Of a stretch of 64,000 nucleotides of DNA, positions 27,142 through 37,659 are shown one piece after another. Under the pieces are notes generated by a model that did no database searches, was not told the DNA's origin, and saw only the letters and a list, made by a program, of their open reading frames with translations. The position numbers and the translations under genes were made by a program. Source of the stretch: an uncultured Blautia sp. (GTDB lineage: Bacteria > Bacillota > Clostridia > Lachnospirales > Lachnospiraceae); assembly GCA_900551075.1 (NCBI GenBank), contig URVB01000011.1:34752-98751 (forward strand), given 5' to 3'. Position 1 is the first letter of the stretch; every line of letters begins with the position of its first letter.

Positions 27142-28735
27142 AATTGCATTGATTGTAGTATTGGGAGGAGATTTGGTCCGTTCTGCGGAACACGTTGGAA
27201 TTGGATATATAGCATCCTATTTACGGAAGTATAATTTTGAAGTAGATATCTATGAAGTAACGGACATATTTGATCAAGAACAGTACAGTGGACTATTAGA
27301 CAAGGGATATGGTTTAGTTGGGTTTACGACGACCTGTATTACTTTAAAACCAATACTTGAAATGGCAAAAATATTAAAGACATATGATCCCCGGATAAAT
27401 ATTGTATTTGGTGGACATATGGCTACATTTACCGGGACGGAAATCCTGGAAAAGTATATGCAGGTTGACTACATTATATACGGTGAAGGAGAAATCACAT
27501 TTCTTGAGTTAGCTAAGAAATTGGAGAACGGGGATGGGATGGAAGCAGTAAAAGGGGTGGCATACCGGGATGGAGAAGGCATTGTGAGAAAAAATGCTGA
27601 TCGTCAGCTAATCTGTGATTTGGACATGCTTCCTTATCCTGCAAGAGACCAATTTGAAACGAATCAAAAAAATACGCAATATATAAGAATTTCCACAAGC
27701 AGGGGTTGTTATGGAAGCTGCGCATTCTGTAGCTCCTTTGCAGGCAGGAAACAACCTGGGGCACGATGGAGGGGGAGAAGTCCGGCGAATGTTGTTGATG
27801 AAATCAAATATTTGACCGAAAAATATGATTTTCATACATTTGATTTTGTAGACTCCACGTTTGAAGACCCCGGACCGATTGGAAAGCGCAGGATTCAGGA
27901 AATCGCAGAACGATTGATCGAGAGTGGCGTTCATATCTATTATAATTGTTGTTTCCGAGCTGAGAATTGGAAAGAGGAGGATCGTGAACTTCTGAAACTT
28001 TTGGTAGAGTCGGGGCTGGAAAAAGTAAATATCGGGTTTGAAGCCGGAAACGATAGAGGGCTTAAAATTCTTCATAAAAGAGCCAGGATGAAAGACAACT
28101 GGCGGGCAATTAAGGTATTGAAAGAATTTCCGGAAATTTATTTAACGTTTGGCTTTATTATGCTACATCCTTATTCGTGTAACCAGGATTTATACGATAA
28201 TGCTCAATTTTTGCATAGAACCGGAATCGGGCAGGTAATACGGCACTATTTCTGGCAGTTGGAGGTTTATCCGGGGACATTGATGGAAGAGAAGCTGATT
28301 AAGGATGGATTACTTGCAAAGGATTATGATATTGCAGATGGCATGTACAAATATGTATTTGTGCATGAAGAAATGAATTTTTTTGCAAATGCTTTTAAGA
28401 GTCTGCTTGAACTAAAATCTGTATGGGATTTTGAGATTTTTGATATTGTTATCCATACATTTATTACCAGGCTTAGGAGAAAATACAGGAATACAGAAAT
28501 CTATTGTGATATTGAAAACTTTCGGATGTATGTAGAGAATGTCAGGAAAGAGATTGCTGACTATAACTTTGAATTTTTCATAAAGCTTTGGGAGCACAAA
28601 CAAGGATATCATCTTGAAGCCGAAAAGTGTGAACTGGATTGTTTTATCAGGGAAAAGATAAAAATAATAAAGAAACATCAATACCAATTAGGGCACTTGA
28701 TATTGAGAACAGGCAGAAACCTAATCAATAGATAG
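27128..28735 (+). CDS. B12-binding-domain radical SAM enzyme (class B rSAM, methyltransferase-like)
   Basis: N-terminal cobalamin-binding-like Rossmann domain, then RGCYGSCAFCSS (Cx3Cx2C). Confidence 0.65.
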   Translation: MDTIKIALIVVLGGDLVRSAEHVGIGYIASYLRKYNFEVDIYEVTDIFDQEQYSGLLDKGYGLVGFTTTCITLKPILEMAKILKTYDPRINIVFGGHMATFTGTEILEKYMQVDYIIYGEGEITFLELAKKLENGDGMEAVKGVAYRDGEGIVRKNADRQLICDLDMLPYPARDQFETNQKNTQYIRISTSRGCYGSCAFCSSFAGRKQPGARWRGRSPANVVDEIKYLTEKYDFHTFDFVDSTFEDPGPIGKRRIQEIAERLIESGVHIYYNCCFRAENWKEEDRELLKLLVESGLEKVNIGFEAGNDRGLKILHKRARMKDNWRAIKVLKEFPEIYLTFGFIMLHPYSCNQDLYDNAQFLHRTGIGQVIRHYFWQLEVYPGTLMEEKLIKDGLLAKDYDIADGMYKYVFVHEEMNFFANAFKSLLELKSVWDFEIFDIVIHTFITRLRRKYRNTEIYCDIENFRMYVENVRKEIADYNFEFFIKLWEHKQGYHLEAEKCELDCFIREKIKIIKKHQYQLGHLILRTGRNLINR

Positions 28736-30591
28736 TGATTTCATATAATTATGTATTGGAGGATACTATGGCGGAAAATAAAAATAATTCTGTTTTAAAT
28801 ATGTTTTATGAAAACGTTATGGAAAATCCTGAAGGCACTGCAATCATCTGTGGGAACAGGAGTTTTACATACAAAGAATTCAACAACCTGTCAAATCAGT
28901 TTGCTCATTATATATTAAAAGAGGACAAAGAGAAGAATGTGGTTGCTGTATTGCTTGAGCGTTCGGCTGAAATGATGATTGCAATTTATGGGATCCTGAA
29001 ATCGGGGCATGCTTATCTGCCATTAAGTACGGAAGATCCACCAAAGAGAATTCAGTTCATACTTCAGGACAGCGGCGTTCAGTTGCTAATTACATCAAAA
29101 AAGTTCAGAAACGCTTTTTCGTTTAAAGGAAAAATTCTCTATATTGACGAAATGGAATGGGAGAATGAAAAAACTGATAATTTACCTGTAATTCAGGATC
29201 AAAATGATTTAGCCTATATTATCTATACATCAGGTACAACCGGGGAACCCAAAGGAGTAATGATTGAACATCAGGCCCTTTATAACCGGCTTAGATGGAT
29301 GATGCAAAAATATCCATTGACACCTTTTGACCGGGTGCTACAGAAAACCCCTTATACATTCGACGTATCTGTATGGGAAATATTCCTGTGGGCAATGGTG
29401 GGCTGTAGTGTATTGGTTATGGAACCTGGCGGGCATAAGAATGTTTTATCAATCATTGAACAGATAGCAAAGAATCGTATATCTGTTATACATTTTGTGC
29501 CTTCTATGTTTAATGTATTTTTAGAGTATATAAAAGAGAATAGGAATCATACGCTGGAAGACATTTCGTCATTAAAGTATATTTTCTGCAGCGGGGAGGT
29601 ACTGCATGGTTATCAGGTTGCAATGTTTCAGGAGATTATCTTTCCGGTAAGCCAAACAAGATTAATTAACCTGTATGGTCCCACAGAAGCTACTATTGAT
29701 GTTACCTTTTTTGAATGTACAAATTTGGAGGAGACAAATGTTATCCCAATCGGAAAGCCAATTGATAACATTCATATATATATTCTGGATGAACATGATA
29801 GGATATGCCGGCTGGGAGAGAAAGGAGAGATATGTATTACCGGTATTGGTTTAGCCAGAGGATATCTGAACAGGAAAGAGTTAAACGCTGAGAAATTTGG
29901 ATATCTTCCGAATAATCATACCATAAGGATGTATCGGACAGGAGATTTGGGTGAATGGCTGCCGGATGGAAATATCAAGTATCTCGGCAGAATTGATCAT
30001 CAAGTTAAAATTAATGGCAACCGTGTGGAAGTGAGTGAGGTTGAATCACAATTATATAACAGCAGAGGTGTGAAGGATACAGTTGTCATGGCGGCGGACG
30101 GAAAAAACGGTAGCCAGTATTTATGTGCGTTTGTTGTGCCAGATGAATCATTCAGCAGTACAGGGGATATTATAAAAACTCTGAAGCAGAATCTGCCAGG
30201 GTACATGGTACCAACGCATATTAAATTATTGGAGGAAATTCCTACTTCCGGTAATGGTAAAGCAGATGTCAATAAATTAAAATCATTTCTTAATAACAGC
30301 ATAGATAAAGTTGAGAATGCAGAAGACGCTGATCTGGTGATTTTAAGAAATATTCTTAATGAGGTGGTAGACCTTAAAGTACCGGTAAATGAAATTACTT
30401 ATAGTCATTCATTGGATGATTTAGGTGTTGAGTCTCTTTCATTCCTGCGTATGTTAATTAAGATTGAAAAAAGTTTCCAGATTGAGTTTAACATTGATGA
30501 TTTAGACGGTGTTTCATTACATACAATAGAACTTATTCTTAATTATATTCATAAAAGAAAAGGTAATTCAAATCTACCGTCTGATTTATAG
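28735..30591 (+). CDS. NRPS adenylation-thiolation didomain (no condensation domain)
   Basis: A3 LAYIIYTSGTTGEPKGV, A5 NLYGPTEAT, A7 YRTGDL, A8 GRIDHQVKINGNRVEVSEVE, A10 GNGKAD. C-terminal carrier LDDLGVESLSFL. Likely true start is ATG 28768 after GGAGG. Confidence 0.8.
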   Translation: MISYNYVLEDTMAENKNNSVLNMFYENVMENPEGTAIICGNRSFTYKEFNNLSNQFAHYILKEDKEKNVVAVLLERSAEMMIAIYGILKSGHAYLPLSTEDPPKRIQFILQDSGVQLLITSKKFRNAFSFKGKILYIDEMEWENEKTDNLPVIQDQNDLAYIIYTSGTTGEPKGVMIEHQALYNRLRWMMQKYPLTPFDRVLQKTPYTFDVSVWEIFLWAMVGCSVLVMEPGGHKNVLSIIEQIAKNRISVIHFVPSMFNVFLEYIKENRNHTLEDISSLKYIFCSGEVLHGYQVAMFQEIIFPVSQTRLINLYGPTEATIDVTFFECTNLEETNVIPIGKPIDNIHIYILDEHDRICRLGEKGEICITGIGLARGYLNRKELNAEKFGYLPNNHTIRMYRTGDLGEWLPDGNIKYLGRIDHQVKINGNRVEVSEVESQLYNSRGVKDTVVMAADGKNGSQYLCAFVVPDESFSSTGDIIKTLKQNLPGYMVPTHIKLLEEIPTSGNGKADVNKLKSFLNNSIDKVENAEDADLVILRNILNEVVDLKVPVNEITYSHSLDDLGVESLSFLRMLIKIEKSFQIEFNIDDLDGVSLHTIELILNYIHKRKGNSNLPSDL

Positions 30592-30652
30592 CTGTTAAGA
30601 ATGTGAAATAGATAAATAAAGAAGAAGTAAATTTAAATTAGAAGGAGACACA

Positions 30653-31633
30653 ATGCTCAATTTATCTTATGTAAATTATTATATACCGGAAATGTATGTT
30701 TCCCTTAAAAAAGTATTAGAGGAAAGCACAAATTTCTCTTTACCACCTTCTTACGCTACTTATACGGATTATAGTAATGCACTGAAAAAAGAAACACATT
30801 TGGATAAGATCTCTGTTATGGAAAAAGAGAAGTTGCTTGAAGAGTCTGTAAAACTAGTGGAACAATTTCTTTATGAAACAGGAATTAATCCTGATTATAT
30901 TGCCGGTGTGGTTCATACAGATCCAGTTCCATTTAATGCTATTGTAAATAATAATATCAGCATTCTGCATTATATTATAGAAAAATTTAAATTAAAAAAT
31001 GCAGCAGCATGTATACTGCAGCAACAATGTACTGGATTTATTATGTCCTTTGCCCTGGCGGAAGGTATGCTTAGAGAAGGCGAATATCTTCTCATACTTT
31101 CGTCAAGTTGTATTGATTCACTTAGGTTTCGTAATTTGGGTTTTACCTGCATGGGTGATGGACTAGGATTGGCTGCGGTCTCTAAAAAACCTTCAAAATG
31201 GAAGATTGTCGATATGATTGCTAAAACATCGGGGAAAAACACATACAGAGTTGGCAATGGCAAGGATGCTATAGTTTCAAAGGATCGCATGGAGATTATA
31301 AAGCAAGGTGTACATGTAATAGAAGAATTATTAAAAGGAAATCAGGTTGATGCAAAGGAACTCTATAAATTTGTGCCACAAAATATTAATTATACGTTAT
31401 ATCAGTTTATATATGCGAGAATGCTCGGAATTAAAGAAGAGGCTATGTATGTGCAAAATATTCCGAATGGCGGACATGTTGGAGATGTTGATTTGATTAG
31501 AAATTTGACAACGTTAGAGAAGGAAGATAACATTCCGAATAATTCCTATGTTCTAATATATGGACTTGGCTCAAATGGTCTTGACATGTCCTATGCAGCC
31601 GCTCTGCTAAAATATAATATTTCGGAGCAATGA
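30653..31633 (+). CDS. KAS III (FabH)-like thiolase-fold protein
   Basis: NAAACILQQQCTGF corresponds to the FabH active-site Cys block. C-terminal NIPNGGHVGDVD and IYGLGSNG correspond to the FabH His/Asn and GFGGG regions. Confidence 0.5.
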   Translation: MLNLSYVNYYIPEMYVSLKKVLEESTNFSLPPSYATYTDYSNALKKETHLDKISVMEKEKLLEESVKLVEQFLYETGINPDYIAGVVHTDPVPFNAIVNNNISILHYIIEKFKLKNAAACILQQQCTGFIMSFALAEGMLREGEYLLILSSSCIDSLRFRNLGFTCMGDGLGLAAVSKKPSKWKIVDMIAKTSGKNTYRVGNGKDAIVSKDRMEIIKQGVHVIEELLKGNQVDAKELYKFVPQNINYTLYQFIYARMLGIKEEAMYVQNIPNGGHVGDVDLIRNLTTLEKEDNIPNNSYVLIYGLGSNGLDMSYAAALLKYNISEQ

Positions 31634-31689
31634 AAAAAATAATGGGATTTGAGAAATCTATACCAATGGCATGCACAGAAGTCTGACTG

Positions 31690-32379
31690 ATGACAATAAG
31701 CTTAGTGGGCCGGCTGATAAGTGATATTAATAGGAGGGGGTTTATGCAGAATCTTTCAGAACCGTTTTTACAGCAAATATGTAATATGGATAATGCTTTA
31801 TACAACAGCGAAAAGATATGTGTTGGTACTTTGGGGCCGGATGGAACCAGCAGTGAAATTGCTGTCCAATATTTGATTCGGACATTTGAGAAGACTAATC
31901 CTAAATGCAGGTATCTCATTAAATTATACAATACATTTGATGAGGTATACGAAGCAATGCGTAACTATAAAATAGACTATGCATTAATTCCCGCAGCATA
32001 TGAGAAAATATCAGAATTTTTTTGGTGTCCGGAGTTTCGTCCTGTACTGTCTTTTATTTATGATACACCCAAATATGGCATAGTAAGAAAAAAAAACAGA
32101 TCGTATAAACATAAAAAGTGCATAAAACTTGCTACGTGTCCGGCGGCGCACATGGTGTTTGATTACCTGATGAAAGATATAAAGCAGGAGTGTGAGATTC
32201 ATGTAATCACTACGAATTCCACAGTGGAGTCAGCAGCACTTGTAATGGACTCAAAAGCAGATTTTGGGGTCACAAATGAAAGTTCCTATAAGAAATACGG
32301 GGACGGTGAAATGGAGTTTATTACAAATACATATAGTTCAAGGATGATTTGGACATTGTTTAAACAGATAAACGATTGA
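31690..32379 (+). CDS. prephenate dehydratase-like (PDT-domain) protein, possibly BacA-type prephenate decarboxylase-like
   Basis: ICVGTLGPDGTSSEIAVQYL, then FDEVYEAM and a DYALIP block, parallel the PDT-domain N-terminal lobe. Confidence 0.35.
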   Translation: MTISLVGRLISDINRRGFMQNLSEPFLQQICNMDNALYNSEKICVGTLGPDGTSSEIAVQYLIRTFEKTNPKCRYLIKLYNTFDEVYEAMRNYKIDYALIPAAYEKISEFFWCPEFRPVLSFIYDTPKYGIVRKKNRSYKHKKCIKLATCPAAHMVFDYLMKDIKQECEIHVITTNSTVESAALVMDSKADFGVTNESSYKKYGDGEMEFITNTYSSRMIWTLFKQIND

Positions 32380-33572
32380 AAGGAAAAAGGAGCAGAAGTC
32401 GTATGTATATTTTTAATGAAGAACAGAAATTACTTAGGTCAGCAGTACGGAATGTTGTAAAAAAAATGATTGAACCAGGGGCGGAAATGCGGGATCGGGA
32501 ACAGATTTATCCTTCTGGTCTTATAGAGGATTTAAAAAAATTAGGATACTATTCGCTAACAATTCCAGAGATATGGTCTGGTGCCGGATTGGATACTGTA
32601 TCAGCCATGATTATAATTAATGAAATTGCACGTGCCGATGCATCTATTGCGCAATCAGTTGCCGCCCATAATTTCGCATTTCTTTATCCCTTGGTTTCAA
32701 TGGCAACGGAAAAGCAAATAGAAACATTTGTAATGCCATGTATTAATGGTGGTAAGATTGGCGCACTTGCAGTGAATGAGGCAGATGGGACTTCCGGTGC
32801 ATTAGCGACAACCGCATTTGAAGACGGAGAATATTACATCATAAACGGGAGTAAGAAGATGATTACAAACTTAGGAGCTTCCGATTATGCACTGGTGTAT
32901 GCTCAGACGGCGCCAAATGCGGCCGGTTTGCTGGGAAACAGTGTTTTTCTGGTGGATTTGCACAAAACACCAGGAATTGTACTTACAAAGGCAGAAGATA
33001 AGATGGGTTTGCATGGGCTAAGTCTGGATGGAATGATATTGGATCATGCAAGGGTACATAAATCCTGTTTAATAGGGGAAAAGGATCAAGGATTCATTTT
33101 TATCGGTAAAACACTGGAGCTTATGTCAATATCTAATGCAGCCGTTGCATTAGGAATAGCAGAACGGGCGTATATAGAAGCGGTAAACTATACGAAGGAA
33201 AGAAAGGTAAATGGCAGTCCTATGTGCGAACTGGAATCCGTAAAACTAGAATTGGCGGAGATAAAAATGAAGCTTACGTGGCTGAAGCTTCTCGTTTTTC
33301 AGACAGCATATCTTCAGGATATACAGGATCAAAACATAGGTAATTATTTCCTCGTGACAAAGTATACTGTGACAGAGACCGCAAAAGAAATATGTGATAG
33401 GGCGTTGCAGCTTTTTGGAGGATATGGCTATATGAAAGGATTTATTATTGAACGGTTGTATCGGGACATTCGGGCTTATACCATTATTGGGTGTTCCAGT
33501 GAAGTACACAGAAGTTATATTAGTCAAGGTATATTTACGGCTACAGAGTCAGTCAATGCTCTCTGGGAATAG
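32376..33572 (+). CDS. acyl-CoA/acyl-ACP dehydrogenase (ACAD family)
   Basis: N-terminal ACAD helices and C-terminal YTIIGCSSEVHRSYISQGI, corresponding to the ACAD IYEGTSEI block. Confidence 0.7.
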   Translation: MKGKRSRSRMYIFNEEQKLLRSAVRNVVKKMIEPGAEMRDREQIYPSGLIEDLKKLGYYSLTIPEIWSGAGLDTVSAMIIINEIARADASIAQSVAAHNFAFLYPLVSMATEKQIETFVMPCINGGKIGALAVNEADGTSGALATTAFEDGEYYIINGSKKMITNLGASDYALVYAQTAPNAAGLLGNSVFLVDLHKTPGIVLTKAEDKMGLHGLSLDGMILDHARVHKSCLIGEKDQGFIFIGKTLELMSISNAAVALGIAERAYIEAVNYTKERKVNGSPMCELESVKLELAEIKMKLTWLKLLVFQTAYLQDIQDQNIGNYFLVTKYTVTETAKEICDRALQLFGGYGYMKGFIIERLYRDIRAYTIIGCSSEVHRSYISQGIFTATESVNALWE

Positions 33573-33586
33573 GAAAAAGGTTTTAT

Positions 33587-34369
33587 ATGAATATCATTGT
33601 ATGTATAAAACAAATTCCTTCTTCTCTGAATAACCTGGATTTGGTTAAAAATACATTAAACAGAGAGTCTGGTACTGGAGAAACCAATCCTTATGATTTG
33701 CATGCACTAGAAACGGGACTACGCATAAAAGAACAGGATGAGAATGGAACAGTCATAGCGGTCAGTATGGGGGTTAAATCAGTACAGACTCTTTTAAAGG
33801 AAGCGGTTGCTCTGGGAGCAGATCGAGGAATCCTGCTTCATGACAAATGTTTTGCAGGTTCTGATACACTGGCAACAGCATATACTCTCTCCTGTCTGGT
33901 AAAGAAAATTGGAGAATATGATCTTATTATATGCGGAAAGCAATCTTTGGATGGGGCGACTGCACAGGTAGGACCGGAGCTGGCAGAGATGCTGAATATT
34001 CCACATATAACAAATGTGGCGAGTATAGAGGATATAAAAGAGAATTATCTGGTTTGTAAAAAGGTAATTCAGGACGGCCTGGAAACTGTAAAAACAAAGC
34101 TGCCCGTATTAATTACTGTGGGAAAAGAGATAAATATACCGCGGGTAGCCAGTCTGAAAGATATCATGAGAGCAGCCCAAACACCAATAGAGGTTTATGG
34201 AGCGGATGATATCGAAGCGGATAAAAAAAGGTGTGGTATGAGGGGCTCCCCGACAAAGGTGACAAAAATACATAGACCTATATACGACACAAATTGTAGA
34301 ATGATACAAGGGACATTACAGGAGCAGATAGCTGCATTAACGGATATACTTATAAAATCTACGGATTAG
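33587..34369 (+). CDS. etfB: electron transfer flavoprotein beta subunit
   Basis: MNIIVCIKQIPSS...NPYDLHALE is the typical EtfB N-terminus. Confidence 0.75.
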   Translation: MNIIVCIKQIPSSLNNLDLVKNTLNRESGTGETNPYDLHALETGLRIKEQDENGTVIAVSMGVKSVQTLLKEAVALGADRGILLHDKCFAGSDTLATAYTLSCLVKKIGEYDLIICGKQSLDGATAQVGPELAEMLNIPHITNVASIEDIKENYLVCKKVIQDGLETVKTKLPVLITVGKEINIPRVASLKDIMRAAQTPIEVYGADDIEADKKRCGMRGSPTKVTKIHRPIYDTNCRMIQGTLQEQIAALTDILIKSTD

Positions 34370-34388
34370 AAGGGCAATAGAAAGATAT

Positions 34389-35423
34389 ATGAAAAAAGAT
34401 GGAGGAGTTTGGATATACGGTGAATGTAAGAATGATCAAGTGGAGAGTGTCGTCTTTGAGTTACTCGGTAAAGGGCGAGAGATAGCGGATGAATTGAGCA
34501 AAAAGCTTTCGGTAGTTTTAATTACCGATTATCCTTATCGTTTCACCGAGGAATTCGAATGCTATGGTGTGGATCAGATTTATATCGTGCCGGTAGAAAC
34601 ATATAAGCAGTCAGACGAATTAGCCTGCACACATATTCTGTCAGAATTGATTTTGAAATATCAACCGGAGATTATGCTTTTAGGGGCGACACTGCACGGA
34701 CAATCTGTGGGGCCGCGTTTAGCTGCACGTTTGAATACGGGGCTTACAGCAGACTGTACCAGGCTTGAAATAGATAAAGACAGGGAACTGCTCCTGCAGA
34801 CCAGACCAGCATTTGGAGGCATGCTTCTGGCTACTATTATTTGTCAAAACAGCAGGCCCCAGATGGCCACTGTCAGACCTGGCATATTGCGTATGCCTAA
34901 GCTTAAAGAGCATAAAAAAACTACTGTAATTTGTTGCGATTTTATCAGAGAATTTACGACTCAGATAGAATCGCTAAAAAAAGAGAATAGGTTACATTCA
35001 TTCAATAATCTGGAAAAGGCAGATATTATCATAGGGGTCGGGAGAGGTATCGGCTCCAAGGAAAATCTTAAAATTGTTGAGAAGATTGCAAAATGTCTGG
35101 ATGCTGCAATTGGCGCTACACGAGAAGTTGTAGAGGCAGGATGGCTTAGCTATGAGCATCAGATTGGTCAAACGGGAAAAGTCGTATCTCCTAAAATTTA
35201 TATAGCCTGTGGTATCTCAGGCTCTGTGCAGCATGTCGCAGGAATCCGTACTGCAGATTGTATTATTGCAATTAATAAAGATAAAAAAGCTCCAATTTTA
35301 GAAGCGGCGAATTGGGCTGTTGTAAATGATTTGAATCTTGTGCTTCCCCTGTTTTTGCAGGAACTGAACAAAGTGTATAGATTCGAATTAAGCGAGAACG
35401 AGGTAACTGGTAATTTTGATTAG
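34389..35423 (+). CDS. etfA: electron transfer flavoprotein alpha subunit
   Basis: C-terminal FAD-binding block IYIACGISGSVQHVAGIRTADCIIAINKDKKAPI. Confidence 0.75.
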   Translation: MKKDGGVWIYGECKNDQVESVVFELLGKGREIADELSKKLSVVLITDYPYRFTEEFECYGVDQIYIVPVETYKQSDELACTHILSELILKYQPEIMLLGATLHGQSVGPRLAARLNTGLTADCTRLEIDKDRELLLQTRPAFGGMLLATIICQNSRPQMATVRPGILRMPKLKEHKKTTVICCDFIREFTTQIESLKKENRLHSFNNLEKADIIIGVGRGIGSKENLKIVEKIAKCLDAAIGATREVVEAGWLSYEHQIGQTGKVVSPKIYIACGISGSVQHVAGIRTADCIIAINKDKKAPILEAANWAVVNDLNLVLPLFLQELNKVYRFELSENEVTGNFD

Positions 35424-35582
35424 ATATAAGTCGTTTGTTGTACTTAGAACGCACTCATTTTAAACTACGTTAGAGTAATGACCAATATGGTATATATAGC
35501 AATTTGAGGAGGCTCTCAGAAGAAAGGAGATACTGTTTGGAAGCAATATTTTATTTTGCTTAATATATAGCAGGAAACAATT

Positions 35583-36434
35583 ATGAAACATAATTTAAAA
35601 AAAGTGCTGAAAACAGATAGAGAAAAACACTCAATAATCAAAATTGGGGAATTGGAAATTGGCAAAGATTTTACATTAATTGCCGGACCATGTGCAGTAG
35701 AATCGGAAGACCAAATAGTGGAAATTGCAAAATTTGCTAAGGCATACGGAGCCAATATCCTTCGTGGAGGAATTTATAAGCCTAGAACCTATCCTTATTC
35801 GTTTCAGGGAGTAAAAGAAAAAGGCTTCCGATATCTTGCCACAGCAAAAAAGGAAACGGGACTTCCTGTTGTTTCCGAGATTGTAGACATAAATGATTTA
35901 GAAAAGATGTATCCATATTGTGACATGTTTCAGATAGGGACAAGAAACGCACAAAACTATGCGTTATTAAAGGAGGTAGGCAGAACAGAGAAGCCTGTGC
36001 TGCTAAAGAGAGGATTTGCTTCCACTATATATGAGTGGCTGGGATGTGCAGAGTATATATTAATGGAAGGAAACCAAAATCTGGTTCTATGTGAGAGAGG
36101 AATCAGAACATTTGAAAATTACACAAGGAATACTATGGATCTCAGTGCGATTTCTGCCTTAAAAACCCTGTCACATGTTCCTGTAATTGCAGATCCTTCC
36201 CACGGAACGGGAAGAAGTGAGCTGGTATATCCAATGAGTATGAGTTCTATTATGGCCGGCTGTGACGGATTGATGTTGGAAATACACTTGGTACCAGAAC
36301 GTTCGGTATGCGATGCCAATCAAACAATATCACTAGAAGCATTTCGAAAGCTGGCGGGTGATGCGGTAAAGCTCTGGAAGTTTAAGCAAAACGAGTTAAA
36401 GGACTTAAATACAGAAGCAATAACAGAATTGTGA
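35583..36434 (+). CDS. class I-beta 3-deoxy-7-phosphoheptulonate (DAHP) synthase (RifH-function candidate)
   Basis: IAGPCAVESEDQIVEIAKFAKAYGANILRGGIYKPRT and later ADPSHGTG match short AroA(I-beta)/KDO8PS-fold DAHP synthases. Confidence 0.7.
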   Translation: MKHNLKKVLKTDREKHSIIKIGELEIGKDFTLIAGPCAVESEDQIVEIAKFAKAYGANILRGGIYKPRTYPYSFQGVKEKGFRYLATAKKETGLPVVSEIVDINDLEKMYPYCDMFQIGTRNAQNYALLKEVGRTEKPVLLKRGFASTIYEWLGCAEYILMEGNQNLVLCERGIRTFENYTRNTMDLSAISALKTLSHVPVIADPSHGTGRSELVYPMSMSSIMAGCDGLMLEIHLVPERSVCDANQTISLEAFRKLAGDAVKLWKFKQNELKDLNTEAITEL

Positions 36435-36534
36435 AATTACGGTACGAGGATTTTGAAACCTGAATCTCTCATCAAAAAAATATTAAATGAAAGGTTGGTG
36501 AAAAGTTGAGGCAAAGTCTGCTCGACGAATCGAA

Positions 36535-37659
36535 ATGAAATATATAAAAGATTTTAAAGTCAGTACGGGTAAAATCTGTCTTATATCTGCTATAACCGAT
36601 ATCTTAAATTATTATAAATATAATTTAAAAGAGGAAGATTTGTTTGGATTATGTGAGGGACAGCTATTTTACTTTGGAGGGCTCGATGAAAAGTCAGAGG
36701 ACGAACTGAAAGATGTTCATTTATTACGAGAATTGAAAATGGGCGGAATGAAATATGATATTATGAAAATGTTTGAATTAATCCAAAATATTTTGAATGT
36801 AGAAATTGTAGGATATGAGTATCAGAACAGTAACCATCTTCAATCGATTATTAAAGAATACGTTGACAAAAATATTCCGCTTATTGCATTTGCTTCCAGA
36901 TATTATTTGGAGTATTTTGATAATTGTTCAAAAGATAAATTTTCACATACCATTGCAGTATATGGTTATGATTTTGAGAAAGATCAGGTTTACGTTACTG
37001 ATACATATGTGGCAACTAAGCCTGTTTCAACTTATAAGGGACCACTTTCTTTAAATAATTTTATTAAAGCTCTTGATCTAAGTGAAGTGGTTTTTGAAAT
37101 GCCTACTAAAAAAAGCCTAATTGCTGTTTATCCAAAAGATAAGAATATTATGACCGATTTGCCATTTCAAATTCGTATTAATTCATTAGTCAATATTGCT
37201 AAAAATAATTTAAGTGGAAGTGTTATACAACACAAAATTTATACAGGAATAGATGGTATGAGGAAATTTGTGCAGGAATTTAAAACATGGAAACATCAAT
37301 ATAGTGTTAACTTGTTAAAACAACTTTTAAAAACAGTTCATAATCTTATAACTAATTATGGGGGACCTTATGTAACAAACGGACTTTTAGCAGGTTTTAT
37401 TGAAGAACTTTATAATGTCAACAGGCAACCATTTTATTTAGAGTTACAAGGCAGGTTTATCAATATACAAAAACAATGGCTGATAATAGCTAATTTGTGT
37501 TTTAAAGCTTCTTTGGGTGATATTTTTGATAGTTATGACAGAATTTCTAATTACATTGAACGGCTAATTGATGAACAAGAGTTACTTTACTTTAAGTTAT
37601 TGGCATTAGATAAAGGTGAAATTGAAAGGAAGAAGGAGTATGGTAAAAGTAAAATTTGA
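36535..37659 (+). CDS. BtrH_N / peptidase-C39-like papain-fold protein (candidate carrier-protein-dependent amide-forming transferase)
   Basis: Conserved N-terminal Cys (GKICLISAI) and a downstream His (HTIAVYGYD), in the order of a papain-like Cys-His dyad. About 370 aa. Confidence 0.35.
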   Translation: MKYIKDFKVSTGKICLISAITDILNYYKYNLKEEDLFGLCEGQLFYFGGLDEKSEDELKDVHLLRELKMGGMKYDIMKMFELIQNILNVEIVGYEYQNSNHLQSIIKEYVDKNIPLIAFASRYYLEYFDNCSKDKFSHTIAVYGYDFEKDQVYVTDTYVATKPVSTYKGPLSLNNFIKALDLSEVVFEMPTKKSLIAVYPKDKNIMTDLPFQIRINSLVNIAKNNLSGSVIQHKIYTGIDGMRKFVQEFKTWKHQYSVNLLKQLLKTVHNLITNYGGPYVTNGLLAGFIEELYNVNRQPFYLELQGRFINIQKQWLIIANLCFKASLGDIFDSYDRISNYIERLIDEQELLYFKLLALDKGEIERKKEYGKSKI

